Shown: piece after piece, positions 32,911 to 42,161 of the stretch
Numbering within the stretch: the stretch's first letter is position 1
Layout: every line of letters starts with the position of its first letter
Origin: Escherichia coli
GTDB taxonomy: Bacteria; Pseudomonadota; Gammaproteobacteria; Enterobacterales; Enterobacteriaceae
DNA: 64,000 bases
NCBI RefSeq assembly: GCF_046105845.1
Contig: NZ_CP151004.1
Strand: one strand, 5' to 3'
The notes under the pieces: generated by a model
The model's input: only the letters and a program-made list of their open reading frames with translations
Databases searched by the model: none
What the model was told of the DNA's origin: nothing
Translations under genes and position numbers: made by a program

Positions 32911-34956
32911 ATGACAACAATGAATCCTTTCCTTGTGCAAAGCACACTGCCGTATTTGGCTCCCCATTTTGATCAAATTGCCAATCATCACTATCGCCCG
33001 GCATTCGATGAGGGAATGCTGCAAAAGCGGGCAGAAATTACTGCCATCGCGCTTAACCCGCAAACGCCTGATTTCAACAATACTATTCTGGCACTGGAAC
33101 AAAGCGGAGAATTACTTACCCGCGTTACCAGCGTCTTTTTTGCGATGACTGCGGCGCATACTAATGATGAATTACAGCGTCTTGATGAACAGTTTTCCGC
33201 TGAACTGGCGGAACTGGCTAATGATATCTATCTGAACGGTGAATTATTCGCGCGGGTAGATGCTGTCTGGCAACGCCGTGAATCCCTGGGACTTGATAGT
33301 GAATCCATCCGCCTGGTGGAGGTCATTCATCAACGTTTTGTCCTTGCCGGAGCCAAACTTGCACAAGCTGATAAAGCAAAATTAAAAGTACTGAATACAG
33401 AAGCTGCGACTCTGACCAGCCAGTTTAACCAGCGGTTACTGGCAGCAAATAAATCCGGCGGTCTGGTTGTGAACGATTTCGCGCAGCTGGCAGGAATGAG
33501 TGAGCAAGAGATTGCTCTGGCGGCAGAGGCGGCTCGCGAGAAAGGTCTGGATAACAAATGGCTGATTCCGTTGCTGAATACCACCCAGCAACCAGCGCTT
33601 GCTGAACTGCGCGATCGCGCGACGCGTGAAAAACTGTTCACTGCGGGCTGGACGCGAGCGGAAAAAAATGATGCCAATGATACCCGCGCTATCATTCAAC
33701 GTCTGGTGGAGATCCGCGCGCAGCAGGCGAAACTGCTTGGTTTCCCTCATTATGCCGCATGGAAAATCGCCGATCAGATGGCAAAAACGCCAGAAGCAGC
33801 ACTCAACTTTATGCGGGAAATTGTTCCAGCGGCGCGTCAACGTGCGAGCGATGAATTAGCCTCTATACAGGCGGTTATCGATAAGCAGCAGGGCGGGTTT
33901 AGCGCGCAGCCGTGGGACTGGGCATTTTATGCCGAGCAGGTAAGACGTGAGAAATTCGATCTCGATGAATCGCAGCTCAAGCCATATTTTGAATTAAACA
34001 CGGTGTTGAATGAAGGTGTATTCTGGACCGCGAATCAGCTCTTCGGTATTAAGTTTGTCGAACGTTTTGATATTCCTGTCTACCATCCTGACGTTCGTGT
34101 GTGGGAAATTTTTGATCATAATGGCGTGGGGCTGGCGTTATTTTACGGTGATTTCTTCGCCCGTGATTCAAAAAGCGGCGGTGCATGGATGGGCAATTTT
34201 GTTGAGCAATCAACGCTTAATGAAACGCACCCGGTAATTTATAACGTCTGCAATTATCAGAAACCCGCCGCTGGGGAGCCTGCGTTGTTACTCTGGGATG
34301 ATGTAATAACCTTATTCCATGAATTTGGTCATACGCTGCACGGCCTCTTTGCCCGCCAGCGTTATGCCACGCTTTCCGGCACCAACACGCCGCGTGATTT
34401 TGTCGAATTTCCGTCGCAAATCAACGAACACTGGGCAACGCATCCGCAGGTATTCGCTCGCTACGCCCGGCATTATCAGAGCGGGGCAGCAATGCCTGAC
34501 GAACTGCAACAGAAAATGCGTAATGCCAGCCTGTTCAATAAAGGGTATGAGATGAGCGAACTGCTTAGCGCCGCACTTCTCGATATGCGCTGGCATTGCC
34601 TGGAAGAAAACGAAGCAATGCAGGATGTCGATGATTTCGAATTGCGGGCGCTGGTGGCGGAAAATATGGATCTTCCCGCTATACCGCCACGCTATCGCAG
34701 CAGTTATTTCGCCCATATTTTTGGTGGCGGATATGCCGCAGGTTATTACGCTTATCTGTGGACACAAATGTTGGCCGATGATGGTTACCAGTGGTTTGTT
34801 GAGCAGGGCGGATTAACGCGTGAAAATGGGCTGCGTTTTCGCGAGGCGATCCTATCCAGAGGTAACAGCGAAGATCTGGAACGCCTGTATCGACAATGGC
34901 GCGGTAAGGCACCTCAGATTATGCCGATGCTGCAACATCGTGGCTTGAACATATAA
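32911..34956 (+). CDS. dcp: Peptidyl-dipeptidase Dcp (M3 metallopeptidase)
   Basis: Start trimmed to ATG 32911 (MTTMNPFLVQSTLPYLAPHF...), GGAGAAG RBS, 681 aa; zinc motif HEFGHTLH. ORF track begins at 32845. Confidence 0.95.
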   Translation: MTTMNPFLVQSTLPYLAPHFDQIANHHYRPAFDEGMLQKRAEITAIALNPQTPDFNNTILALEQSGELLTRVTSVFFAMTAAHTNDELQRLDEQFSAELAELANDIYLNGELFARVDAVWQRRESLGLDSESIRLVEVIHQRFVLAGAKLAQADKAKLKVLNTEAATLTSQFNQRLLAANKSGGLVVNDFAQLAGMSEQEIALAAEAAREKGLDNKWLIPLLNTTQQPALAELRDRATREKLFTAGWTRAEKNDANDTRAIIQRLVEIRAQQAKLLGFPHYAAWKIADQMAKTPEAALNFMREIVPAARQRASDELASIQAVIDKQQGGFSAQPWDWAFYAEQVRREKFDLDESQLKPYFELNTVLNEGVFWTANQLFGIKFVERFDIPVYHPDVRVWEIFDHNGVGLALFYGDFFARDSKSGGAWMGNFVEQSTLNETHPVIYNVCNYQKPAAGEPALLLWDDVITLFHEFGHTLHGLFARQRYATLSGTNTPRDFVEFPSQINEHWATHPQVFARYARHYQSGAAMPDELQQKMRNASLFNKGYEMSELLSAALLDMRWHCLEENEAMQDVDDFELRALVAENMDLPAIPPRYRSSYFAHIFGGGYAAGYYAYLWTQMLADDGYQWFVEQGGLTRENGLRFREAILSRGNSEDLERLYRQWRGKAPQIMPMLQHRGLNI

Positions 34957-34967
34957 ACACCACCAAT

Positions 34968-34997
34968 GGCTGGCCTGGAGAAATCGCCAGGCCAGCC
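34968..34997. terminator. Strong hairpin after dcp (terminator-like, no clear U-tract)
   Basis: Perfect 11-bp inverted repeat GGCTGGCCTGG-agaaatcg-CCAGGCCAGCC, 11 nt after the dcp stop and directly before the ydeJ-like remnant. Confidence 0.45.
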
Positions 34998-35000
34998 TGG

Positions 35001-35078
35001 TTAGAGCAGTAATTGCAGCAGCTGGGCGAGGGCAAACCTCACCGCTAATGCGAATGCCGTTTCGCAGTCGCCAGCAAA
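35001..35078 (-). pseudogene. ydeJ: 3'-terminal remnant of a CinA-C/PncC-like gene (ydeJ-like); remainder absent
   Basis: Minus-strand frame ends ...SNFAGDCETAFALAVRFALAQLLQLLL-stop, resembling the C-terminus of CinA-C/PncC-family proteins; upstream sequence is AT-rich with no CinA-like coding. The dcp-ydeI gap is only 364 bp, too short for a 172-aa gene. Confidence 0.4.
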
Positions 35079-35320
35079 ATTACTTTTTTTGTATACCCTT
35101 CCGTTATAATAATTTTCAAATTTATAAATCTGATTGTTCTGAAATATGTTTAAGACTCTTTAATCTTCTTCTTACTTTAGTGAGTAAAATTCTCTGAATA
35201 TTTGACAGCTAGTTGCCTGATTTTAAATGCCTTATAACAATTGGCAGTATTCTTATTTGTCAATTATAAAAATAGCAACCAGACTTAATAAGTCAAACCA
35301 AACGCAATTAAGGAGTCAGT

Positions 35321-35713
35321 ATGAAATTTCAGGCCATTGTATTAGCAAGTTTTCTTGTCATGCCTTATGCGTTGGCAGATGACCAGGGCGGATTAAAACA
35401 GGATGCAGCGCCACCGCCGCCTCATGCAATAGAAGATGGCTATCGCGGAACCGATGATGCAAAAAAAATGACCGTTGATTTCGCAAAAAAAATGCACGAT
35501 GGCGCTTCGGTTTCACTACGCGGTAATTTGATTTCTCACAAAGGAGAGGACCGTTACGTTTTTCGCGATAAGAGCGGTGAAATTAATGTTGTTATTCCTG
35601 CGGCAGTCTTTGATGGACGAGAAGTTCAGCCGGACCAGCTGATCAACATTAGCGGTAGTCTGGATAAGAAAAGCGCTCCGGCCGTCGTTCGGGTCACTCA
35701 TTTGCAGAAATAA
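35321..35713 (+). CDS. ydeI: BOF (YgiW/YdeI) family periplasmic OB-fold stress protein
   Basis: 130-aa ORF with signal peptide [19 protein letters not shown] and OB-fold domain; matches YdeI. Confidence 0.88.
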   Translation: MKFQAIVLASFLVMPYALADDQGGLKQDAAPPPPHAIEDGYRGTDDAKKMTVDFAKKMHDGASVSLRGNLISHKGEDRYVFRDKSGEINVVIPAAVFDGREVQPDQLINISGSLDKKSAPAVVRVTHLQK

Positions 35714-35967
35714 AAATAAATTAGCCTGATGGCCTGAACTACTGGGCCATTAGGTTATTGGGTTATGCTATTTATCATCCTTTTAATTGCGATAATGCAG
35801 GGTTAATTTACAGAATTAAACACTTTTTTATCTGCTGATTTTGTTTCAAATCACAATGTTATCTCAGAGATGACTCATAACTTAGGATTTCTATGAAAAT
35901 ATTGACGTAATTTTGCTTTTCTCTCGTTAGAATAGCGCGCACAAGGAACTGTGAAAAAGGAGTGGCA

Positions 35968-36858
35968 ATGATCAAGAAGACAACGGAAATTGATGCCATC
36001 TTGTTAAATCTCAATAAGGCTATCGATGCCCACTACCAGTGGCTGGTAAGTATGTTTCACAGCGTAGTCGCGAGAGATGCCAGTAAGCCAGAAATAACGG
36101 ATAACCATTCTTATGGACTGTGCCAGTTTGGTCGGTGGATTGATCATCTGGGGCCACTCGATAACGATGAATTACCTTACGTTCGGCTAATGGATTCTGC
36201 CCATCAACATATGCATAACTGTGGTCGGGAATTAATGCTGGCTATTGTTGAAAATCACTGGCAGGACGCGCATTTCGACGCCTTTCAGGAAGGGTTGCTT
36301 TCTTTTACTGCGGCATTAACCGATTACAAAATTTATTTGCTGACGATCCGTAGCAATATGGATGTTTTGACGGGATTGCCGGGTCGTCGGGTTCTTGATG
36401 AATCCTTTGATCATCAGTTACGCAACGCTGAGCCTCTGAATCTTTATTTAATGTTGTTGGATATTGACCGATTTAAATTGGTTAATGATACCTACGGGCA
36501 TTTAATCGGCGATGTAGTACTACGCACCCTGGCAACTTACTTAGCCAGTTGGACGCGTGATTACGAAACGGTTTATCGCTACGGGGGGGAAGAATTTATC
36601 ATTATTGTTAAAGCGGCTAATGATGAAGAAGCATGTCGTGCAGGTATCAGAATTTGCCAGTTAGTCGATAACCATGCCATCACACATTCTGAAGGGCATA
36701 TCAACATTACCGTGACTGCAGGTGTGAGTCGCGCATTTCCTGAAGAGCCTCTGGATGTGGTCATTGGAAGAGCGGACCGGGCAATGTATGAGGGTAAGCA
36801 AACCGGAAGAAATCGCTGTATGTTTATTGACGAACAAAATGTGATTAACCGAGTTTAA
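35968..36858 (+). CDS. dgcZ: Zinc-sensing diguanylate cyclase DgcZ
   Basis: Start trimmed to ATG 35968 (MIKKTTEIDAILLNLNKAIDAHYQW...), AAAGGAG RBS, 296 aa; N-terminal CZB zinc-binding domain, C-terminal GGDEF domain with RYGGEEF. Confidence 0.9.
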   Translation: MIKKTTEIDAILLNLNKAIDAHYQWLVSMFHSVVARDASKPEITDNHSYGLCQFGRWIDHLGPLDNDELPYVRLMDSAHQHMHNCGRELMLAIVENHWQDAHFDAFQEGLLSFTAALTDYKIYLLTIRSNMDVLTGLPGRRVLDESFDHQLRNAEPLNLYLMLLDIDRFKLVNDTYGHLIGDVVLRTLATYLASWTRDYETVYRYGGEEFIIIVKAANDEEACRAGIRICQLVDNHAITHSEGHINITVTAGVSRAFPEEPLDVVIGRADRAMYEGKQTGRNRCMFIDEQNVINRV

Positions 36859-36974
36859 GCTCCGTTTAACATTCATTGAGAAAACTGATGCTACTGTGTC
36901 AACGATCCGTTATCAGTGCAGGAAAATGCCTGTTAGCGTAAAAGCAAAACACAAATCTATCCATGCAAGCATTC

Positions 36975-37001
36975 ACCGCCGGTTTACTGGCGGTTTTTTT
37001 T
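36975..37001 (+). terminator. Intrinsic terminator downstream of dgcZ
   Basis: Stem ACCGCCGG / CTGGCGGT (loop TTTA) followed by TTTTTTT at 36995-37001. Confidence 0.7.
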
Positions 37002-37007
37002 CGCCGT

Positions 37008-37049
37008 CATAAAAATCAGGCCCCTTGTACACAACTGTAACAAGGGGCC
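37008..37049 (-). terminator. Intrinsic terminator downstream of mgtS
   Basis: Perfect 10-bp inverted repeat GGCCCCTTGT-(11 nt)-ACAAGGGGCC; on the minus strand it is followed by UGAUUUUUAUG. Confidence 0.65.
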
Positions 37050-37076
37050 GGTTAGGTGAGGGATTATCTCCGTTCA

Positions 37077-37172
37077 TTAGTCATCCCATTTGTGGCTGAA
37101 ATACGCGGCCAGAAAACCAGAAAATAAAATTATTCCCAGTACGGCCATAAAAACATTCATATTACCCAGCAT
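37077..37172 (-). CDS. mgtS: 31-aa small inner-membrane protein MgtS (YneM)
   Basis: Minus-strand ORF MLGNMNVFMAVLGIILFSGFLAAYFSHKWDD with GGAGG RBS 7 nt upstream; exact match to the MgtS sequence as I recall it. Below the ORF-track length cut-off. Confidence 0.85.
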   Translation of the reverse strand: MLGNMNVFMAVLGIILFSGFLAAYFSHKWDD

Positions 37173-37298
37173 TATTTGCCTCCGTTTATGGTGTGGTGTG
37201 TTTCCTCGCTTACCTTAATTTTCATCTCAATGAGAAAGATATTAGCAGAGGTAACCTAAACGAAGGCTGAATTAAATCTTTATTGTGTTCGACTTAAA

Positions 37299-38486
37299 TC
37301 AACAAAGCGCGGGCTGCCCCCACGGTCTTGCACGAATTCCTTTTAACATCAGCACCCACGCAGCAATAATCACCAACGCTAAGATGATAAACAGCGAGGA
37401 AGGCGGCAGGTTGGTTAGCACTACGCCACTCACTAATGGGTTAATCGCGGCACCAAGCCAGCCTAAAGACTGGGCGGAAAAATAGCTGGCTTTCATTCCT
37501 GGCGGCGCAATATGGTCAATCAACATATACTCGCCCGGCGCATAAATGATTTCACCGACAGTAAATACCGCAGCTGACATACCCCACAATAGCAGGCTGT
37601 TGCCGGAAAAAATAAAACCGACCAGACCGATGACGAAACAGAGGGTGCCTGCTGTCATCAGCGTGCGGATGTTAGCCGGGTTAAGTCGCCGGCCCACGGA
37701 ATATTGCAACGTAACTACCATGGCAGCATTCACTGGAAGAACAACCGCGACCACCTTTTCGGCAAAATCCCCATCAGCAATCACCATCACATATTGTGAA
37801 ATGCATGAAGCAAATGCGCCGCTAACAAAAGAAGCCAGAAAGCCAGAGCAGGTAAACCACAACAGTGCTTTATCTTGTAATAAAACTTTCGGCGACCAGG
37901 CACTGGCTGTTTCCGTGGCGATGATTTTCTCGCTGCGCTTTACCCAAATTTGAATGAAAAGCATGGGAAACGCGGAACAGATAGCTGCCAGCCAAAAGGG
38001 CAGATTGATGCTCTGCATCACCAACAGCGTGCCGAGCGGCGGACCGATGGTCCAGCCAATGTTGAGCATGGTGTAGTTGATTGAGAAGATTTTCGTTTTG
38101 CTGGTGGACGAAAGATTGTCGGCAAACCAGGCTTTCAACACAGTAGCAAAAACGGAATAGGCGCAGTTAATGAGGGCAAAAAAGAGCACCACCAGCGTCA
38201 CGTTATTCACTAAAGGAATGGCAATAAAACCGCAGGCGAAGGCGGTAATTGCCAGTAACATATAGCGTTTCTTGTCGAACTTATCCGCCAGGATACCAAA
38301 ACCGAGGCTAAAAACGACGCCAATAGTGAGCGCAATTGTCATCGCATAACCGATTAGATCGACACTCAGGCTGTACTGGCGACTCAAGTAAATGGTCATA
38401 AACGGCAGCGTAGCGCCGCGTCCGATGGTTAATAACAACGACGAGGCAAGAAGGGCGCTGGTAGAGCGTCGTAGGGATAAGTTCAT
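37299..38486 (-). CDS. ydeE: MFS-family exporter
   Basis: 395-aa 12-TM MFS protein; position between mgtS and eamA matches ydeE. Confidence 0.9.
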   Translation of the reverse strand: MNLSLRRSTSALLASSLLLTIGRGATLPFMTIYLSRQYSLSVDLIGYAMTIALTIGVVFSLGFGILADKFDKKRYMLLAITAFACGFIAIPLVNNVTLVVLFFALINCAYSVFATVLKAWFADNLSSTSKTKIFSINYTMLNIGWTIGPPLGTLLVMQSINLPFWLAAICSAFPMLFIQIWVKRSEKIIATETASAWSPKVLLQDKALLWFTCSGFLASFVSGAFASCISQYVMVIADGDFAEKVVAVVLPVNAAMVVTLQYSVGRRLNPANIRTLMTAGTLCFVIGLVGFIFSGNSLLLWGMSAAVFTVGEIIYAPGEYMLIDHIAPPGMKASYFSAQSLGWLGAAINPLVSGVVLTNLPPSSLFIILALVIIAAWVLMLKGIRARPWGQPALC

Positions 38487-38680
38487 TTGTCTGTCCGGCA
38501 GTGCGTTTCGTTATGTTTTGTTTTAGAGATGTAAAGAAATAGCATGGCAAAAATCCGAAGTATAGCGACTTATTTGCGCATTAATGCCGTCGTAAAGGGT
38601 GACTAACGAATCAACTGTTAAAGAAAAGTAAATTCAGCTAAGTTGATTGCTTACAAAAGATGAAATTCAGAGGCGGTAGA

Positions 38681-39580
38681 ATGTCGCGAAAAGATGGGGT
38701 GTTGGCGCTACTGGTAGTGGTCGTATGGGGGCTAAATTTTGTGGTCATCAAAGTGGGGCTTCATAACATGCCACCGCTGATGCTGGCCGGTTTGCGCTTT
38801 ATGCTGGTTGCTTTTCCGGCTATCTTTTTTGTCGCACGACCGAAAGTACCACTGAATTTGCTGCTGGGGTATGGATTAACCATCAGTTTTGCGCAGTTTG
38901 CTTTTCTTTTTTGTGCCATTAACTTCGGTATGCCTGCTGGTCTGGCTTCGTTGGTGTTACAGGCACAGGCGTTTTTTACTATCGTGCTTGGCGCGTTTAC
39001 TTTCGGTGAGCGACTGCATGGCAAACAATTGGCGGGGATCGCCTTAGCGATTTTTGGCGTACTGGTGTTAATCGAAGATAGTCTGAACGGTCAGCATGTG
39101 GCGATGCTCGGCTTTATGTTGACCCTGGCGGCAGCATTTAGTTGGGCGTGTGGCAACATCTTCAATAAAAAGATCATGTCGCACTCAACGCGTCCGGCGG
39201 TGATGTCGCTGGTAATCTGGAGCGCATTAATCCCAATCATTCCCTTCTTTGTTGCCTCGCTGATTCTCGATGGTTCCGCAACCATGATTCACAGTCTGGT
39301 TACTATCGATATGACCACCATCTTGTCTCTGATGTATCTGGCGTTTGTGGCGACAATTGTTGGTTATGGGATCTGGGGGACGTTACTGGGACGCTATGAA
39401 ACCTGGCGGGTTGCACCGTTATCGTTACTGGTGCCCGTAGTAGGACTGGCAAGTGCGGCACTATTGTTGGATGAACGCTTAACGGGTCTACAATTTTTCG
39501 GGGCGGTGCTCATTATGACCGGGCTGTATATCAATGTATTTGGCTTGCGGTGGCGTAAAGCGGTAAAGGTTAGAGGCTAA
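38681..39580 (+). CDS. eamA: DMT-family cysteine/O-acetylserine exporter
   Basis: Start trimmed to ATG 38681 (MSRKDGVLALLVVVVWGLNFVVIKVGL...), 299 aa, two EamA repeats. ORF track begins at 38660. Confidence 0.9.
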   Translation: MSRKDGVLALLVVVVWGLNFVVIKVGLHNMPPLMLAGLRFMLVAFPAIFFVARPKVPLNLLLGYGLTISFAQFAFLFCAINFGMPAGLASLVLQAQAFFTIVLGAFTFGERLHGKQLAGIALAIFGVLVLIEDSLNGQHVAMLGFMLTLAAAFSWACGNIFNKKIMSHSTRPAVMSLVIWSALIPIIPFFVASLILDGSATMIHSLVTIDMTTILSLMYLAFVATIVGYGIWGTLLGRYETWRVAPLSLLVPVVGLASAALLLDERLTGLQFFGAVLIMTGLYINVFGLRWRKAVKVRG

Positions 39581-39585
39581 ACCAT

Positions 39586-39629
39586 ACGCACAGAATGTGA
39601 TGTCAGCACTCTGTGCGTCTGCTTTTATC
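39586..39629 (+). terminator. Intrinsic terminator after eamA
   Basis: 9-bp stem ACGCACAGA / TCTGTGCGT (15-nt loop) followed by CTGCTTTTATC; the stop codon of the downstream minus-strand regulator lies inside the U-tract. Confidence 0.6.
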
Positions 39630-40323
39630 GCGGGAAAAAGTACTTTACCTGGAACTCGAAAATATTGCTGTAAAGTAACGAATAATCCAGCGGAATAGAG
39701 TTACTATCCACAGCCTGGGTCTGAATTTTAAGTATGGGATCCCGTGGGCTGATCCGTAAAATACTGGCGATTTCTGGGGTAGGAAAAGTAGGGGAGAAAG
39801 TTTCAAAGGTGCCAATGATTTTGATCCCGCATTCGTTCTCAATATACGAAAATTTGGATTTTTGCATATGTGCTACGGTTAAATCAGGAAAACGTGCCAC
39901 TGACATCCACGTTTCTTCTAATTGTGCTGCATTATCCTCAATGAATCGCAGTCTCTTTATGTAATAAACCTGCTCACCAGTCACTAAATTCAGCTCAGTC
40001 GCAATAGGGGGAGAAGCATCCTGCACTTCAAATTTCATAATCTGACTTCCTGCCTCCTTGCCGCTTTTATGCGCAATTTCACTGAAGCTGTTCATGTGAT
40101 CAATGTGTGCAACAAAATTCTTTTTTTGAATGTATGTTCCTGAACCATGCTTTCTATGAATAACTCCTTCGCCTTCCAGCAAGGATAATGCCTTACGCAG
40201 GGTATTACGCGAAACATTATAACGAACAGCGAGTTCAGCTTCTGACGGCAACAAATCACCAACATGCCATGAATAGCCATTGATCTCGGATTTAAGTAAG
40301 CGGGCAATCTTTTGAAAAATCAC
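39625..40323 (-). CDS. bgcR: GntR/HutC-family transcriptional regulator (wHTH + UTRA effector domain), divergent from the PTS operon
   Basis: 232-aa ORF with GTG start; N-terminal GntR HTH (LPSEAELAVRYNVSRNTLRKALSLLEGEGVIHRKHGSGTYI) and HutC-type C-terminal domain. Symbol assigned by architecture match to the bgc locus, not sequence-verified. Confidence 0.8.
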   Translation of the reverse strand: MIFQKIARLLKSEINGYSWHVGDLLPSEAELAVRYNVSRNTLRKALSLLEGEGVIHRKHGSGTYIQKKNFVAHIDHMNSFSEIAHKSGKEAGSQIMKFEVQDASPPIATELNLVTGEQVYYIKRLRFIEDNAAQLEETWMSVARFPDLTVAHMQKSKFSYIENECGIKIIGTFETFSPTFPTPEIASILRISPRDPILKIQTQAVDSNSIPLDYSLLYSNIFEFQVKYFFPR

Positions 40324-40482
40324 TTTTGCACCTTTTAAGAGCCATTGAAAACAAGGGGTTGAGTCCTGATTGGTTTATCGTATGGCCGAGTCGTTTAATT
40401 ATTACCCTGATGTTGAACAACTTTATTGCTGTATTACTGTGATCAATGTACCAGGACGTATAGCTACTGCGGGATATGATAT

Positions 40483-40495
40483 TTACACAATGTAA
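40483..40495. promoter_or_regulatory. Candidate operator palindrome in the regulator/PTS divergent promoter region
   Basis: Perfect palindrome TTACA-caa-TGTAA 27 bp upstream of the EIIB start codon; a CRP-like half-site (TGTGA at 40438-40442) lies about 45 bp further upstream. Confidence 0.3.
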
Positions 40496-40521
40496 TCTGT
40501 TATATACCAGTAAGGGAAAAT

Positions 40522-40833
40522 ATGAAAAAGATATTGTTAGTTTGCGCTGCGGGCATGTCAACCAGTATGCTGGTTAAACGTATGATTGATCATGCTAACG
40601 CTATTTCACTTGAAGTTAATATTTCCGCATTGGCGATTGCAGAGGCTAAAGGGAAAATTAAAAATAACGAAGTTGACGTTGTTTTACTTGGCCCGCAAGT
40701 TCGCTTTCAGAAACCAGAGATTGAAGCTGTTGCACAGGGGAAAATGCCTGTAGCTGTTATCGAGATGAAAGACTATGGCACCATGAACGGACAGGCAGTT
40801 CTTGAATTTGCGATGAAACTACTGCAAGAGTAA
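40522..40833 (+). CDS. bgcE: PTS EIIB component, lactose/cellobiose family
   Basis: 103-aa ORF MKKILLVCAAGMSTSMLVKRM... with phosphorylatable Cys in LVCAAGMSTS; AAGGGA RBS. Symbol by architecture match to bgcEFIHA. Confidence 0.85.
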   Translation: MKKILLVCAAGMSTSMLVKRMIDHANAISLEVNISALAIAEAKGKIKNNEVDVVLLGPQVRFQKPEIEAVAQGKMPVAVIEMKDYGTMNGQAVLEFAMKLLQE

Positions 40834-40947
40834 GAATCTAATATTATTAAACTATTACCTGAACTAACTTTTCACACATCATAAAATGGATATGGCATAC
40901 ATGCTTTATTGGGATGTATAAATATCCAGAACAGCAGGTATAAAAAA

Positions 40948-41819
40948 ATGGGATTAATGGCCTCATTCGAACGTGGAATGGAACGTTTTCTTGTTCCAGT
41001 TGCTATCAAGTTAAACTCACAAAAACATGTTGCAGCGGTGAGAGATGGATTCGTTTTTACGTTTCCAATTATTATGGCAAGTTCATTAATTATATTAATT
41101 AATTTTGCCATATTATCGCCAGACGGTTTTATTGCCGGATTACTGCATCTGAATAGCATTTTCCCCAACCTTGAAAAAGCACAAGCTATTTTTACTCCGG
41201 TAATGAATGGTTCTGTAAATATCATGTCAATTATGATTGCTTTCCTGGTCGCCAGGAATATGGCGATTAGCTATGAGCAAGATGATCTTTTATGCGGATT
41301 AACGGCAATAGGAGCATTTTTTATTGTTGGGCCGCTCAACACGGCACTACCTGGGGCGCGCCATATCCGATTACCTGGACTTCTATTAATGATGCATTCG
41401 CCAACTGCGGCGGTTCAGGTATGACGTTGGGGTTATTGTTGGCTATTTTTATCGCTTCTAAGCGTGCGGAATACCGTGATCTGGCAAAAATGTCATTTAT
41501 CCCCGGTATTTTCAATATCAATGAACCGATAATGTTCGGCCTTCCTATTGTACTTAACCCCATCATGATGGTGCCGTTTATTCTGGTTCCCATTGTTAAC
41601 TGTGCCATTGGTTACTTCTTTGTTTCGATGGAAATTATTCCACCGGTTGCTTATGCCGTGCCCTGGACTACGCCCGGACCTTTAATTGCTTTCCTCGGAA
41701 CCGGGGGAAACTGGCTGGCGTTACTGGTGGGTTTTTTATGTTTAGGTGTGGCGACAATGATCTATTTACCTTTTGTTATTGCCGCCAACAAGGTCAATAA
41801 CATGACAACTAACGGATAA
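40948..41819 (+). pseudogene. bgcF: PTS EIIC component (lactose/cellobiose family) disrupted by an out-of-frame internal deletion
   Basis: ORF-track pieces 40909-41424 and 41292-41819 align to the N-terminal ~130 and C-terminal ~160 residues of ChbC-type EIIC in different frames. Total span ~290 codons versus ~440-450 for intact EIIC; frame switch near 41333-41337. Confidence 0.75.
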
Positions 41820-41846
41820 TCCCATTTACACAGGAAGGAGATGTTG

Positions 41847-42158
41847 ATGTTTGCAGATGAAGAACTTGTTATGGAGTTACTGGTCAACGCAGGACAGGCT
41901 CGTTCTGATGCGATGGAAGCCATACGTTGTGCCGGGCAAAAAGACTGGCAGGGCGCAACTCAGCTAATGGCCAGTTCTGAATGCGCCTGTCTTCAGGCGC
42001 ATAAGATTCAGACCGCGTTAATTAGTCAGGATGAAGGCTGTGGCAAAATAGAAGTTAATTTAATTCTGGTTCATGCACAGGATCATTTGATGAATGCAAT
42101 ATTATGCCAGGATTTAGCCAGGGAAATTATTTCATTAAGAAAAGAGCTCCATGCCTGA
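41847..42158 (+). CDS. bgcI: PTS EIIA component, lactose/cellobiose family
   Basis: ChbA-like sequence (...EELVMELLVNAGQARSDAMEAIR...LILVHAQDHLMNA...); start placed at ATG 41847 because GGAAGGAG abuts the track start at 41841. Confidence 0.85.
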   Translation: MFADEELVMELLVNAGQARSDAMEAIRCAGQKDWQGATQLMASSECACLQAHKIQTALISQDEGCGKIEVNLILVHAQDHLMNAILCQDLAREIISLRKELHA

Positions 42159-42161
42159 TTT

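Noticed and set aside
37173-37298. Searched for the PhoP-dependent sRNA MgrR next to mgtS.
   Set aside because: No hairpin plus U-tract or promoter could be supported in the 126-bp gap from sequence alone, so it is reported as an open question in findings rather than as a feature.
40909-41819. The two ORF-track entries (40909-41424 and 41292-41819) could be read as two separate small PTS membrane proteins.
   Set aside because: They align to the N-terminal and C-terminal parts of a single EIIC in different frames and overlap each other, so they are two fragments of one disrupted gene.
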